A stretch of DNA of 64,000 nucleotides from Nitrosopumilus sp. (GCA_965238275.1 OZ250186.1:1920001-1984000); one strand, 5' to 3'; shown: positions 38,964-49,606, counted from the first letter of the stretch. The notes: a model not told the origin generated them from the letters alone. Program-made: numbers and translations.

Positions 38964-39490
38964 TAGTTGCCGCTGGGCAGGATGCAAAAGCAGTATATGA
39001 TAAAGCTAGGAAGAAGTATCTTGGCCGAACTCCATTTGTCATGAAGATTCCCAAAGAAACAGTAATGCTGCTTTAGCCTGGATTTCAATGCCCGCTGCAT
39101 ACCAAAGACGATCGACAATCACCATTCGCTACATTAATCATCGTGATCCCGGTGGCGCACAATAAAAACTCCCAATATACATTTCTCAAAATCCTACGCA
39201 ATTTATAAAATTATAATTTTTAAAAACTGTCCGTAGATTGAACTCAAGATTTGTTAGAATGGATCTATTGCATGACGGCGACTATAAAATACGGTATGTC
39301 TGCTGTTTTATGTGGGCATGATTGTTTTATGCGCGATTTATTTAGTATCCCATATTGGCAGATTGTGAATGGGTTCATACTGGTATAATTATGACCACTA
39401 TGCCAGTTCACAATCATCAATTCCAAGTTATGATGATTTTTGTTCTTTGCTGTTTTTTTGGATATGGTGTTGGCAGTACACAAGACCATC

Positions 39491-40036
39491 CTATTCTGCG
39501 GCAAACGGCATTTTGTAATCCTTCAGGGTAATCTCCTCCCGCAGGCTGCCTGTACCTGCAAACGTCCTGCCGTCATAGCTGCATGTGCAGCTGGTGACGT
39601 CCCTGGACTCGTCCCACACCTTGTAAAACTCCCGCAGTTTTCTGCCCTCATATCTTCCAAGGCCCACCCTCTTCTTTGAGAGGAACTTGAAGGCAAGCAC
39701 CACCTTTCTCTTCCTGTATATCTCGAATATGTCCATCCACTCCATGCACCGCATTATCTGCTCTGCGGGGACGGGAAGGGACATGGTGGTTCCTGACTTT
39801 GCCTCTATCACGAGCATGGTTCTTTTGGATGTGCTGACTGCCAGCACGTCTGGCAGTCTGATGCTAGGCGATCCCAGCCGAAACGCCTTCCAGTCATGCG
39901 TGCTGTTGAACCTCCTGACCAGGGTATCCTCCCACGCATACCCTCTCTGCCTGCGTATCCTGGATGCCGCTATGTTGTTGCTGTTGGATGCCTCCCTTGG
40001 AATCTCCTCTGTCCGTGCCACCACAATAGCATCCAA
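39491..40036 (-). CDS. Holliday junction resolvase Hjc-like nuclease
   Basis: GYAWE, PDVLA, VIEAKS. Confidence 0.8.
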   Translation of the reverse strand: MDAIVVARTEEIPREASNSNNIAASRIRRQRGYAWEDTLVRRFNSTHDWKAFRLGSPSIRLPDVLAVSTSKRTMLVIEAKSGTTMSLPVPAEQIMRCMEWMDIFEIYRKRKVVLAFKFLSKKRVGLGRYEGRKLREFYKVWDESRDVTSCTCSYDGRTFAGTGSLREEITLKDYKMPFAAE

Positions 40037-40238
40037 TCCAGTGCGATATATGTTAAGACAGCCGTCTGCTGACGATGGTGCATTACCGGATTTGTCCTGT
40101 GGTCTGACTGCTTCCCTCCCTCCGGAGTTCTCCTGCTCCTTCAGACAGAATCCTGCTGCTGCTGCTGCTGCTGCTGCTACTGCTACTGCTGCTGCCTGTA
40201 CGCAGTGAGTTTATCAAACCCATGCGCCTCATCTGATC

Positions 40239-41081
40239 ATGCTTGATGGAATGGTCAGGGACCTGGCCATGATAAAACAAGAGTTTGCGAGAAGTTATGA
40301 CCGGGGCGCGCACATACAGGAGGTGCTTCCGGCATCGGCATCTGACAGGTTTCCGATTGACGAGGATCACGTGAGGCTCCTGCACGGCTTTGCCCAAAAG
40401 AACCCCATCTACACCGGCTCATACGAGCAGACCTTCGCGGGGGTTCGGTGCCGCATCTACGAGGGCGACATCAACGAGTACTGGCTGAACAGCATAAAGC
40501 ACGGTTCCAGCTGCCAGCCGTTCTACCCCACGTGGATGGTATCGGCGTATCTGATGGCGCTGACTGCACGGGATATGGGATACGGCCACCTGGTGGACAT
40601 AGGATCCGGCGACGGCCGCATAGCATTCTGTGGGAAGATACTGGGGCTTGGGGCGCGCAGCATTGAGATTGATCAGACGCTGGTGGACCTGCAGGAGACG
40701 ATTGCGGATGCCACCTGCCAGAACTTCAATCCGGAATGTGCAGACGCATTAGAGTACGACTACTCCGGGCTGGACATGGATCGTCCGGCCTTCTTTATCG
40801 GCGGGCTTCCTCAGATGGGGGGAGACATTCTGGCAGCCAGCATAGTCGAGAAGATCAGCGGCATGCCGCAGCTCAAAAGGAGCGCGGGACTGGTCCTTGC
40901 AGGGACCCACTCCAAGAGGCACCTCTCGGGAAACATCAAAAACGGGGGCTGGAACCCCCTTCTTGACAGGTATGGGCTGGAAGTGGTGGATACAGTCTCC
41001 CTGCCCACCGTCTGGACATTCGACCAGGCATCTGACACGCCCTACATCTACGCCCGGTTCAGGGATACGGTACAGTCCTGA
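40239..41081 (+). CDS. putative SAM-dependent methyltransferase
   Basis: LVDIGSGDGR, SIEID motifs. Confidence 0.7.
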   Translation: MLDGMVRDLAMIKQEFARSYDRGAHIQEVLPASASDRFPIDEDHVRLLHGFAQKNPIYTGSYEQTFAGVRCRIYEGDINEYWLNSIKHGSSCQPFYPTWMVSAYLMALTARDMGYGHLVDIGSGDGRIAFCGKILGLGARSIEIDQTLVDLQETIADATCQNFNPECADALEYDYSGLDMDRPAFFIGGLPQMGGDILAASIVEKISGMPQLKRSAGLVLAGTHSKRHLSGNIKNGGWNPLLDRYGLEVVDTVSLPTVWTFDQASDTPYIYARFRDTVQS

Positions 41082-41089
41082 TGAGTATC

Positions 41090-41404
41090 CTATTCCACGT
41101 GGAACCTGTAGTCTCCTTCTGATGCTACGGCGCACCGCCGCATCCGGACTGCCTGGCCCACCCTTGGCGCCTGTGAAATCTCTGCCATTACCCTTACGGC
41201 GCCACCCTCAAACTCCACCATGCAAAAGTACCTGCCGCCCTGTCCGGAGTATTCAAGGATTCTGCCCTCAAAGCTGCCCCTTCTAAGCGACACGGGACCC
41301 ATGCACCGGCTGCAAATCTCGGATGCAGGCCAGACCACCCTTCTGCACGCGGCGCATTCGGGGATGCAGAACCTGCCCCGTGCCAGCTCGGACCGGAAGC
41401 TCAT
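41090..41404 (-). CDS. DUF35 Zn-ribbon/OB-fold protein
   Basis: CAAC...CSRC; coupled to thiolase. Confidence 0.85.
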   Translation of the reverse strand: MSFRSELARGRFCIPECAACRRVVWPASEICSRCMGPVSLRRGSFEGRILEYSGQGGRYFCMVEFEGGAVRVMAEISQAPRVGQAVRMRRCAVASEGDYRFHVE

Positions 41405-42516
41405 CCCTCCTCCAGCACCAGCACCGTCGATGACGTCGCGGCAGCCGACATGTTGTGGACCAGTCCGACGCGCGCATCCTCAACCTGTCTGGGCCCTGCC
41501 CTTGCCTGGAGCTGCCGTGCAATCTCCACTGTCTGGGCTATCCCGGTGGCCCCAAGCGGATGCCCCGCCCCGATCAGGCCCCCGCGCGGATTAACCGTAA
41601 AGCTGCCGGTATCATACGCCTCCTGTATCATCCCAAGACCCGCCCCTTTTTTTGCAAGCCCCGTGGATTCCAGTGCCAGGGGTTCGCAGACGGAGAATGC
41701 GTCATGCACCTCTGCCACGTCGATATCTTGTATGTCGCAGCCTGCCATCTCCAGGGCGTGATGTGCTGCATCCCTTGTCGATTCCAGGGAGTCAAACGAG
41801 GAATTCCCTCCGAATCCTGCCGACGTGGTCTTTTGTCCAATCCCCCTTATCCACACCGGCGCGTCACATATTCCCCTCATTGCCTCCTCTGAGGCAAGAA
41901 GGATCGAGGCGCCGCCGCTGCACGGCCTGGAGCAGTCCAGCATCCTCAGATCGTCAGTCAGTCTCCGGGATGCTGCCACCTCCTCCCTGGTGTACGTCCT
42001 TTTGGAGAGTGCCTCCGGATTGCCGCGCGCCTGCCTGTGGTTCTTTACCGGCACCACTGCCAGATCCTCGTCTGATACGGCAAACCGCCTCTTGTATGCC
42101 CTGGTAATGATGCTGCCCCAGAATATCGGATGCTTGAACTCCCCCCGGGAACTGTCCCATTCCAGAACCCGTCCGGGACTGTCATGCCTCTCTGCCCCTG
42201 ATACCAGGACAGTCTCTGCCAGGCCTGATGCGATATATGCATACCCCGAGACTATCGAGTTGGTACCAGAGTTGCACAGGTTCTCCACCGAATGGGCGGT
42301 TCGGGGCCTGATTCCCATCGTCTCTGCCAGGATGGGGGCAAGGTACTTTGAGTTGCTGTTTGTGGATACCAGGACGGCATCCACGTCGCCCCTGTCTATG
42401 CCCGGATTATTCACAAACAGGTCTCCTGCAGACTGCTGCAGCAGCACCTCAACCTGTATGTCCTCCATGGTAAACGGCGTCGTCCCGTATCCTGCGATTC
42501 CGACCCTACCTGCCAA
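41401..42516 (-). CDS. thiolase (acetyl-CoA acetyltransferase family)
   Basis: VENLCNSG, EVHDAF, NPRGGLIGAGHPLGATG. Confidence 0.93.
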   Translation of the reverse strand: MAGRVGIAGYGTTPFTMEDIQVEVLLQQSAGDLFVNNPGIDRGDVDAVLVSTNSNSKYLAPILAETMGIRPRTAHSVENLCNSGTNSIVSGYAYIASGLAETVLVSGAERHDSPGRVLEWDSSRGEFKHPIFWGSIITRAYKRRFAVSDEDLAVVPVKNHRQARGNPEALSKRTYTREEVAASRRLTDDLRMLDCSRPCSGGASILLASEEAMRGICDAPVWIRGIGQKTTSAGFGGNSSFDSLESTRDAAHHALEMAGCDIQDIDVAEVHDAFSVCEPLALESTGLAKKGAGLGMIQEAYDTGSFTVNPRGGLIGAGHPLGATGIAQTVEIARQLQARAGPRQVEDARVGLVHNMSAAATSSTVLVLEEG

Positions 42517-43471
42517 GAAACGTCTCCACCAGCAGATTAAACGACTCCATGGTATTGTCTCCAACCGGATTGAACTGGATTATGGGCAGGTCCATTCCCG
42601 TCTCCCTGAACCTGGCAAGCTGCCTCCTGCACTCCTTGGGGGTTCCATATATGGCAAGTTCGCTTAGCATGGAGTCCGGTACCAGCCTGTGGTTTGTCTT
42701 GAACCCAGTCCTCTTGAACTCGCCATATATCCCTGCAGTCTCGCGCTCATACCCACAGCGTCCAAGAAACTCGCGGTACACCCTTCCCACCGAGATGTAA
42801 AACGCCAGGGTTCTTTTTGCCCTGGCAATTGCAGCCTCCGAATCCTCCGAGACGCATGTGATTATCTGGCATGCCACGTCAATCTCCCCCTTTGGGCGCA
42901 TCTGCCGTATGGTATCCCTCATCTCCTCCAGCGGCCTGAGATAGAATATCACCCCGTCTCCAACCTCCCATGCCAGGTTTACCATCCCCTGGTTGACGGC
43001 AGCCAGGTATATGGGAATCCTTCTCTTGGGGCGGACCAGCAGCTCAAAGTTCTTCAGGTGGAATGCCTGCCCAGAGTGGTTTATCGGATCCCCTGACAGT
43101 GCCTTTCTGATCACCCCGACATACTCCCTCATCCGCTGCAGGGGGCGCCTGAACCCGTATCCGTGAAGATCCTCCACTATGGGCATGCTGCTGGTGCCCA
43201 GCCCCAGAACCATCCTCTGGCCGGATAGTGCGTCTGCGGTGGCTGCCCCCATGGCAATCAGCGCAGGGCTCCTTGAGTATATGTTGATTATCGAGGAGCC
43301 TATCCTCTGCGAGGTCGTGACGCCGGATACTGCCCCGAGCATTGCAAAGTTCTCCATCCCCCATGTCTCCGGAATCCATATGGTGTCTACGTGCGTGCCT
43401 GACAGTATCCGGGAACACTCCATCACCTGGTCCACTGTCAGCAGGGATCCAAGGCTGCATGAAATCCGCAT
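42506..43471 (-). CDS. luciferase-like (F420-dependent) oxidoreductase
   Basis: IWIPETWG, RSPALIAM, LGLG, IPIYLAA. Confidence 0.9.
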   Translation of the reverse strand: MRISCSLGSLLTVDQVMECSRILSGTHVDTIWIPETWGMENFAMLGAVSGVTTSQRIGSSIINIYSRSPALIAMGAATADALSGQRMVLGLGTSSMPIVEDLHGYGFRRPLQRMREYVGVIRKALSGDPINHSGQAFHLKNFELLVRPKRRIPIYLAAVNQGMVNLAWEVGDGVIFYLRPLEEMRDTIRQMRPKGEIDVACQIITCVSEDSEAAIARAKRTLAFYISVGRVYREFLGRCGYERETAGIYGEFKRTGFKTNHRLVPDSMLSELAIYGTPKECRRQLARFRETGMDLPIIQFNPVGDNTMESFNLLVETFLGR

Positions 43472-43748
43472 GAATGCTGTACGGCCATGCCATATTCTAG
43501 TGTATGGGAATCATGCCCGGAAACCCACACCACCAGATGATGCCAAGATGCCATCTGATGCCTTGTCCTTTTCTGAGGCCCCCGCAGGCTCCGCCGGATT
43601 GGATTCTCCTCTGATCTCCCCTGGGGCGGCATGCCAAACGTGCAGGCCCGGTTCCCTTGCAGGAGCCGATGCCGGCTTTTTGCATGTGCGCGGCATGGTA
43701 CCTGATGCCATACCCTGAATGTTCAGTTGTTTTAGCAACAGGTAAATT

Positions 43749-43937
43749 TTGATTGAGGCTGGGTATTATCATATTCTGAATGGAACAGTAGACATGAGCG
43801 AACAGATTGTCGGTAAGGGCCCACACGGCCATGCATTCTGGCAGGATGTTGCAGTATACGCATCAAGCACCACTGATGAGGGATTCGTTGAAGAGATGGC
43901 ATACATGATAGTCACGCTGTACCGAACAGGTGCCTGA
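43749..43937 (+). CDS. small hypothetical protein
   Basis: 62-aa ORF filling a gap between core genes. Confidence 0.35.
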   Translation: MIEAGYYHILNGTVDMSEQIVGKGPHGHAFWQDVAVYASSTTDEGFVEEMAYMIVTLYRTGA

Positions 43938-43939
43938 TA

Positions 43940-44602
43940 CTATACCGTTTTCATTCTTGATGCGCACTCTTCTATGTCCTTGAATGAGTCTATCGAGTAC
44001 CACCAGACGTCCCTGAACTTTACCGTGCCCAGCCTGCCTCTTCTGGCGTACTCTGGAAAGAGCGTCCTTTCTATGTCCCCGACGTCTGGCAGATCCCCTG
44101 CTATGTCCCTTTGAAGATGGTATATCCCGGCATTCATCCACATGTCGTGAATCCGGCCCTTCTCCTTGAATCCCGTTATGGTGTTGCCGTCTGTCTCCAG
44201 TATGCCAAACCCCGTCTTCAATTCGACTGAGGCCACGGCGTTGGGTACCCCGATGATCCTCTCCAGGTTGATATCTGTCAGGACGTCGCCGTTCATTACC
44301 AGAAACGACTCGCCTGCAACCCTGTCTGCTGCCCTCTTGATGGCGCCGCCGGTACCGAGGGGGGACTCTTCCACTGAGAACCTTACGTTGATCCCCATGT
44401 CCTTGGCGTGCATGTGGTTCTCTATCATTTTGGACTTGTATCCCGTGCAGACTATCACGTCTGCTATCCCGTATTCCTTGAGGTATCTCATCTGCCATTC
44501 TATGAGAGGAACGTTCCCTACGGGTACGAGGGGCTTTGGGACATAGTCTGTAACGGGCCTGAGCCTCTTACCGCGTCCCCCTGCCAGTATTATTGCATCC
44601 AA
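43940..44602 (-). CDS. sugar-phosphate nucleotidyltransferase
   Basis: ILAGGRGKRLRP, PKPL, EESPLGTGGAI, NGD, NAGIY. Confidence 0.95.
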   Translation of the reverse strand: MDAIILAGGRGKRLRPVTDYVPKPLVPVGNVPLIEWQMRYLKEYGIADVIVCTGYKSKMIENHMHAKDMGINVRFSVEESPLGTGGAIKRAADRVAGESFLVMNGDVLTDINLERIIGVPNAVASVELKTGFGILETDGNTITGFKEKGRIHDMWMNAGIYHLQRDIAGDLPDVGDIERTLFPEYARRGRLGTVKFRDVWWYSIDSFKDIEECASRMKTV

Positions 44603-44814
44603 CCAGAAATACTCCGTTCCCAGGCTATATCAAAATTTCAGATCATGGCCGGGTGCATGATGGCGTGACGTCGAATCCGGCAGCAATCACTGCTCTGTCA
44701 GGTAGTAGTGCAGCTCCGTATAGCACTCTACACAATAGTCCTCAAAGTCTGTATGGTCGCAGTCATAGACCTTTGCCACGTCTGCACTGCACTTGGCACA
44801 CGTGGGCATGTGCC

Positions 44815-45219
44815 TCAGCCTGCGGCGCGGGATTTTCTTATCTTTATCCCACCCAGTGCCATGATTATGGCGCCGACTGCAATCAGCGCGCCGCCCTCGC
44901 CTACAGCCCTTGCCGTGTTCCCGTCTTCCCCGGCGGCTGCTATGAAGATTCCGCCTCCGATTACAACCAGGACTCCGGTTATTATCAGCATGATGCCAAG
45001 TCCCATAAACGGCGGCTTCTTGGCGATAAAGAATGCAATGAACGACAGGATTATCGGGGGAAATCCGAACCCTATTCCGCGGACCATCCCGTCAAATGGC
45101 AGAAATCCGTCCCCTCCGCCGCCTCCGCCTACCATGACGTCGGCACCATACACCACCAGCAGCACAATTGATATTCCGGACAGCACAATCGGGACAGATA
45201 CCATGTCTGAGATCTTCAC
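44815..45219 (-). CDS. four-TM hypothetical membrane protein
   Basis: Four hydrophobic helices, Gly-rich loop. Confidence 0.7.
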   Translation of the reverse strand: MKISDMVSVPIVLSGISIVLLVVYGADVMVGGGGGGDGFLPFDGMVRGIGFGFPPIILSFIAFFIAKKPPFMGLGIMLIITGVLVVIGGGIFIAAAGEDGNTARAVGEGGALIAVGAIIMALGGIKIRKSRAAG

Positions 45220-45288
45220 TATGAATTAATAAACCTACTACGACGGGATTTTCCGACCGGCTTTTAAAGGAAATTCCATCGCAGGGAG

Positions 45289-46653
45289 ATGACTGCGCAG
45301 AAAAGGCCAAAAAAAGGAGACCGCCTGCGCGCGTTTGCCACCGTGAGGTACTGGATTGGGCAGCTGAACGAGAGCGGAATCAAGCACGACATCAGCATTG
45401 CCACAAGCACCAAGGATCTCTACCTGTACCATCTGGTCATGTTCGACGAATGGCTGGCCGGGCGCGAGTTCGACGTGCGGGTGCAAACAGTAGTGGATGG
45501 CAGGATAGTCCGCAAGACCGCCCAAAGGTCGTTTGAGCATGTGGAGGAACTGCTGTATTTCGGGGAGGAAGGCAACGAGAAGGAGGTAAAGAAGATAATC
45601 AGCCAGTACCTGGCGGATCCGCGGCACAGGCACCTGAGACGCTCCACGAAAGTCGGCATGTGCACGGCGATCAAGTCGTACCTTGACGCGCACGACGTGT
45701 TCACGAACGCCAAGATTAACGGGCGCAAGAACGACGAGGCGGAATTCACCGAAGAGCCCGGGCTTGACATCACGGAGTTCTACAAGATGATGACTGCCGG
45801 CAAGATAAACCCGCTGACGCGCGCCGTGATGTTGGTGAAATTCCAAGCTGGGTTGGACTCGTCCACGCTCGCCGACAGGTTCAACTTTTACGCGTACCCG
45901 CAGATAGCAAAATACTGCGGAATCCCCGACCATGAAAAGTGGGATCTTGACAAGTGCCCCGTCCCGATCAGGCTGAGGCGCGTGAAGACCACCATCAAGT
46001 ACACTACGTTCATCGACCGCGATGCCCTGTCCGCAGTCAAGGACTACCTGGCATGGAAGGAGAACCTCCACGGCCCGCACGACCCCGAAGCCCCCATGTT
46101 TACCACCACCAGAGGCAAGCCGATACACGGGAAATGGATCTCGGATGCGTTCAAAAGAGTCGCGAACAGTTCCGGAACCCAAAAGCAGCTGGCACCCGGC
46201 GTCCTCAAACTAAAATCGCACGGCGTGCGGCACCTGCTGAAAAGCACGCTGAAGGCCTGCGGGTGCATGGATTATGCAGCCGACCACATCATCGGGCACG
46301 CGCCCAAGGATCCCTACGACCAGGGGGCAAAATATTACCCAGAGACGTTGAGGCTCGAATACGCCAAGGCGTCGCACAAGATCAACATATTCTCCCACGT
46401 GCAGTCGGTGGTGGACGACCCCGAACCGCCGGGAGGCGCCGATGAGAAACTGAACGACGCCCTGGCCGAGATGAAGGAACTGCGTAGCCAACTCAACGAG
46501 ATAAAGGACGCAAACGAAAAAAGGATCGAGAGGGGGAACGGTTCGACCGCGACGAACGCGACGCTGCGCGAACTGTTGCGCAAACTTTTGGACGGCGACG
46601 GCGATGCCGGCACGGTAAGCGCCATCAGGAAGCACCTGGACGGAACAGAATAG
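45289..46653 (+). CDS. tyrosine recombinase/integrase
   Basis: SHGVRH, IIGH, Y nucleophile region (DPYDQ), RRVKT; the first catalytic Arg position reads AGLDS. Confidence 0.85.
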   Translation: MTAQKRPKKGDRLRAFATVRYWIGQLNESGIKHDISIATSTKDLYLYHLVMFDEWLAGREFDVRVQTVVDGRIVRKTAQRSFEHVEELLYFGEEGNEKEVKKIISQYLADPRHRHLRRSTKVGMCTAIKSYLDAHDVFTNAKINGRKNDEAEFTEEPGLDITEFYKMMTAGKINPLTRAVMLVKFQAGLDSSTLADRFNFYAYPQIAKYCGIPDHEKWDLDKCPVPIRLRRVKTTIKYTTFIDRDALSAVKDYLAWKENLHGPHDPEAPMFTTTRGKPIHGKWISDAFKRVANSSGTQKQLAPGVLKLKSHGVRHLLKSTLKACGCMDYAADHIIGHAPKDPYDQGAKYYPETLRLEYAKASHKINIFSHVQSVVDDPEPPGGADEKLNDALAEMKELRSQLNEIKDANEKRIERGNGSTATNATLRELLRKLLDGDGDAGTVSAIRKHLDGTE

Positions 46654-46664
46654 GGCCTTTTATT

Positions 46665-48878
46665 GTAAGAGGTCGCCTTTGCGAAGCGATTTCGTGCCTG
46701 ATCTGCCCCGATTAATTACCAACTGAGCTACGTTTTCGGCCATAAATGCCCATTTAATTGGCATTATTCAGGGTTTTTTCCGGGCGGGGATGAGGCTCGG
46801 CTGAGCTGCATTTTGGCCGATCCGGTGATCGGACTTGCGAAGTGGGCCTTTTTTGGTGCTGTCGGGCGTGGTGCGTTGTGCCCGAATCGGGTGGCGGGCC
46901 GGCACGGCGGCCTGACATGTGTCAGGCAACCGGTGCTGTGGGGGTCGCGCAGGACATGCAGGGCAGCCATGGATGGATTTTGCAGGATTTATACCGTTGC
47001 TGCCCGCTGCTGCTGCTGCCGGTATTTTTTCGACCATGCCTCGCATGTAGTCGACCAAAAAGTCGTGCGGGTTGACGCCGCGCATCCTGCACGTCTCGCG
47101 GATGCTGGCCAGGACGGCGTGGTTGTATGCGCCGGCAAGGCTCTTGCTGCCGCCTGAGACCTTCCGGGATGCGACGCTGGGCCGCAGGGGGCGCTCGGCA
47201 TCGTTGTTATGGCACTTTGTGCTGAGGCGGATGAATGGGAACAGGTGGGTGATCTCGCGCCGCAGCCGCTTGACAAACCGCTTGCAGTGGGGTTCGGTGT
47301 AGCTGCCAGACATCAGGCGCCTCACCCGGGCCAGGAGGTTGCGCACCTTGAGGTTTCGCGCGGCCGCATCGTCGTTCGGGTTGAGTCCCTTCTCTGCGTG
47401 CCAGGAATCGATGATTATCCCCTTTAGGGCCTTGGCAAACTTTTTGAATTCTGGCCCCGGGTTTTTCATGGTCAGGGTGCGGATGATCTCGCGGAGGTAG
47501 TGGTAGTGGCACTTTTGGTGGGTCCTGCCGATGCGGTTCCACGCGGAGTGTGAATCAGAGGTGACGTGGCCTGCGTACCCTCCAAGCAGGGTCTCCAGCA
47601 CGTCTCCTCCCCGGCGCTTGTCCACGTAAAAGACAGTCGAGTTGTCACCGACTAGTATCCACAGCCAGTACAGCACACCGGCTACCCTCCAGCTGGTCTC
47701 GTCCCCGAAGACATGCTCTGAGAAGAATATCTCCTCGAGCATCTCCTCGTAGAGCGGGTGGAGGGATCCTGTCACGGCATCCACGTGGCCGATGACAGTC
47801 GACTTTGCAAGGTCCGTGTGGTAGATTATGTTGATCAGCTTGCGGATGGGTTCGTAGGGAATGTTGTACATCCTCATCGTCGTCTCAAGGCACGTCAGGC
47901 TGGCGCCGAACCGTCCACCGGGGACGACCCCTGGGATCTCGGGGGCAAACTGCCTGCCGCATTCCCTGCAGTACCTGCGGACGACGGTATACTGGATGCC
48001 GGTCAGCTTCCCGTCGATAATCTCCTCGACTACCCGGATGGTCACCTCGGTGGGCTCCTTCGAGAGGGCATGGCCGTGCGGGCAGGCGGGCATGTCAACT
48101 AGCTTTTTTTCGGATATCGGGGGAGGATCACGGCCGGTGCGCAGGCAGACGACCTTCCTGAACGGGTCTGGTGCAGGCCCGGGTGATTCCCGGAGCCGCT
48201 TCTGGGAGCGGCGGCTTTTGATGCCCAGATTCTCGGCTGCCAGCGCCGAGTTGGCCGCGCGCGCCTCCCTTAACTGAGAGGCATGCTCTGATGCCTGCCG
48301 TTCCAGGCGGGCTATCCTGTCCATGACTGCCTGCGAGACGTCGCATCCCTGCAGGAGGGCGGCGTTTTCTGCCCTCAGCTTCTCTATCTCGGAGTCCTTT
48401 TGTTCTATCTCGGAGTCCTTTTGCACGTTCTCTTCTTCCAGCAGTTTGATCCTGGCATCCATCTCCGTCAGCATCGCGTGTTCCCCTGAGAAGGCCTCTG
48501 CCTCCTCCTTCAGCTGCTCGATGTCTTTTCTCAGTGCCATGCTCTCCTCGTCCTTGGATTTGAGCATGTCCAAGACGGATTCGAAGAGGGACTTGGTGTC
48601 GGTTACGGAGTTCCAGTCAATCTTTTCCAGGTCGATTACAGGCGCCACGCCATAACACGGGAAGGCATGATCCATAAAGCTTTTGGGCACGCAGCGCCTG
48701 CCGGAAAATGCGGCGCAAAAGATCCAACCGGAAGAGCCTTGATCCGAAAACCGCCCTGCCTGAGGACCGTGTTGATAACGTGCAATTAATCGGGTATTTA
48801 TGGTCAAAAACGTAGCTCAGTTGGTAATTAATCGGAACAGATCAGGCACGGAATCGCTTCGCAAAGGCGACCTCTTAC
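46665..48878 (-). mobile_element. IS66-family element (type 2, single-ORF) with ~95-bp imperfect TIRs
   Basis: Ends GTAAGAGGTCGCCTTTGCGAAGCGATT...; flanks CTTTTATT / CTTTTTTC do not match. Confidence 0.93.
46768..48807 (-). CDS. IS66 transposase (real start probably ~48650)
   Basis: Coiled coil, CPHG/CRECG zinc ribbon, GDETSW, TSDS, QKCHYH, NNDAERPLR. Confidence 0.9.
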   Translation of the reverse strand: MTINTRLIARYQHGPQAGRFSDQGSSGWIFCAAFSGRRCVPKSFMDHAFPCYGVAPVIDLEKIDWNSVTDTKSLFESVLDMLKSKDEESMALRKDIEQLKEEAEAFSGEHAMLTEMDARIKLLEEENVQKDSEIEQKDSEIEKLRAENAALLQGCDVSQAVMDRIARLERQASEHASQLREARAANSALAAENLGIKSRRSQKRLRESPGPAPDPFRKVVCLRTGRDPPPISEKKLVDMPACPHGHALSKEPTEVTIRVVEEIIDGKLTGIQYTVVRRYCRECGRQFAPEIPGVVPGGRFGASLTCLETTMRMYNIPYEPIRKLINIIYHTDLAKSTVIGHVDAVTGSLHPLYEEMLEEIFFSEHVFGDETSWRVAGVLYWLWILVGDNSTVFYVDKRRGGDVLETLLGGYAGHVTSDSHSAWNRIGRTHQKCHYHYLREIIRTLTMKNPGPEFKKFAKALKGIIIDSWHAEKGLNPNDDAAARNLKVRNLLARVRRLMSGSYTEPHCKRFVKRLRREITHLFPFIRLSTKCHNNDAERPLRPSVASRKVSGGSKSLAGAYNHAVLASIRETCRMRGVNPHDFLVDYMRGMVEKIPAAAAAGSNGINPAKSIHGCPACPARPPQHRLPDTCQAAVPARHPIRAQRTTPDSTKKGPLRKSDHRIGQNAAQPSLIPARKKP

Positions 48879-48901
48879 CTTTTTTCACCTTCATACATAA
48901 G

Positions 48902-49348
48902 AGACATAATCCGTAATTGGGCATAACCACGCGATTGGACGCATTGCAGGACAAATCCGGTTGACTGCATGGAATTGCATGTCAATTCGAACTTACCCAA
49001 TGATCAAAACTATACGTCAGTCGTGTTTTATTCTGATTGCCCATATCAAAGCATGTCATTATACGACAAATTAGCAAAAAAGCCCAAACTGTTCATCCGG
49101 TGCACTGGACTGACAGTCTCCGAATTTAATTTGGTGGCAGGGCGGCTGGCAAAAAAATACCCCAAGGCAGAGCAAAAGCGACTCTCCAAAAGAAGCAGGG
49201 TGCGCGGCATTGGTGCCAGACGCAGGTGGAAACTGGATCTGAAAAACAGGTTTCTTCTGGTCCTGTTTTATTACAGGACATACGCCACACAGGATCTTCT
49301 TGCCATGGTGTTTCAGGTGGGCCAGGCCAGCGTGTCCCGCAGCATGGG
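48902..49348 (+). mobile_element. 5' fragment of IS5 type B
   Basis: Near-identical to 8933..9380 including left TIR. Confidence 0.92.
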
Positions 49349-49606
49349 GGGCCGGGGCCGCGCGTTCCGCGGGCCGGCATCCGCGCGTGCCTTGCATGCT
49401 GCCAAGGCAAACCAGTTTATAGCCAGAGCCGCCCAACCGAGACATCATGGCCGCCTGTAACCTCTTCCGATTCGATGCGTTCCGGGCCCTGGCCCACTTT
49501 GAGGCAGCCTATGGGTAGCTTGCAGCGTCCTGACGGTTGCGGCCGCGGCGGCGTCCTGCGTGGGGATCCCGCCCCCTCCCCGCGGCGCGAAGGCGGGGGA
49601 AGCGTC

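Larger units (their letters stand above)
37471..39076 (+). pseudogene. DUF5678-like small protein interrupted by IS630 (37471..37569 + 38966..39076)
   Basis: Rejoined frame ...KYLGDWMSVVDEDI|VAAGQDAKAVYDKARKKY..TPFVMKIP. Confidence 0.75.
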
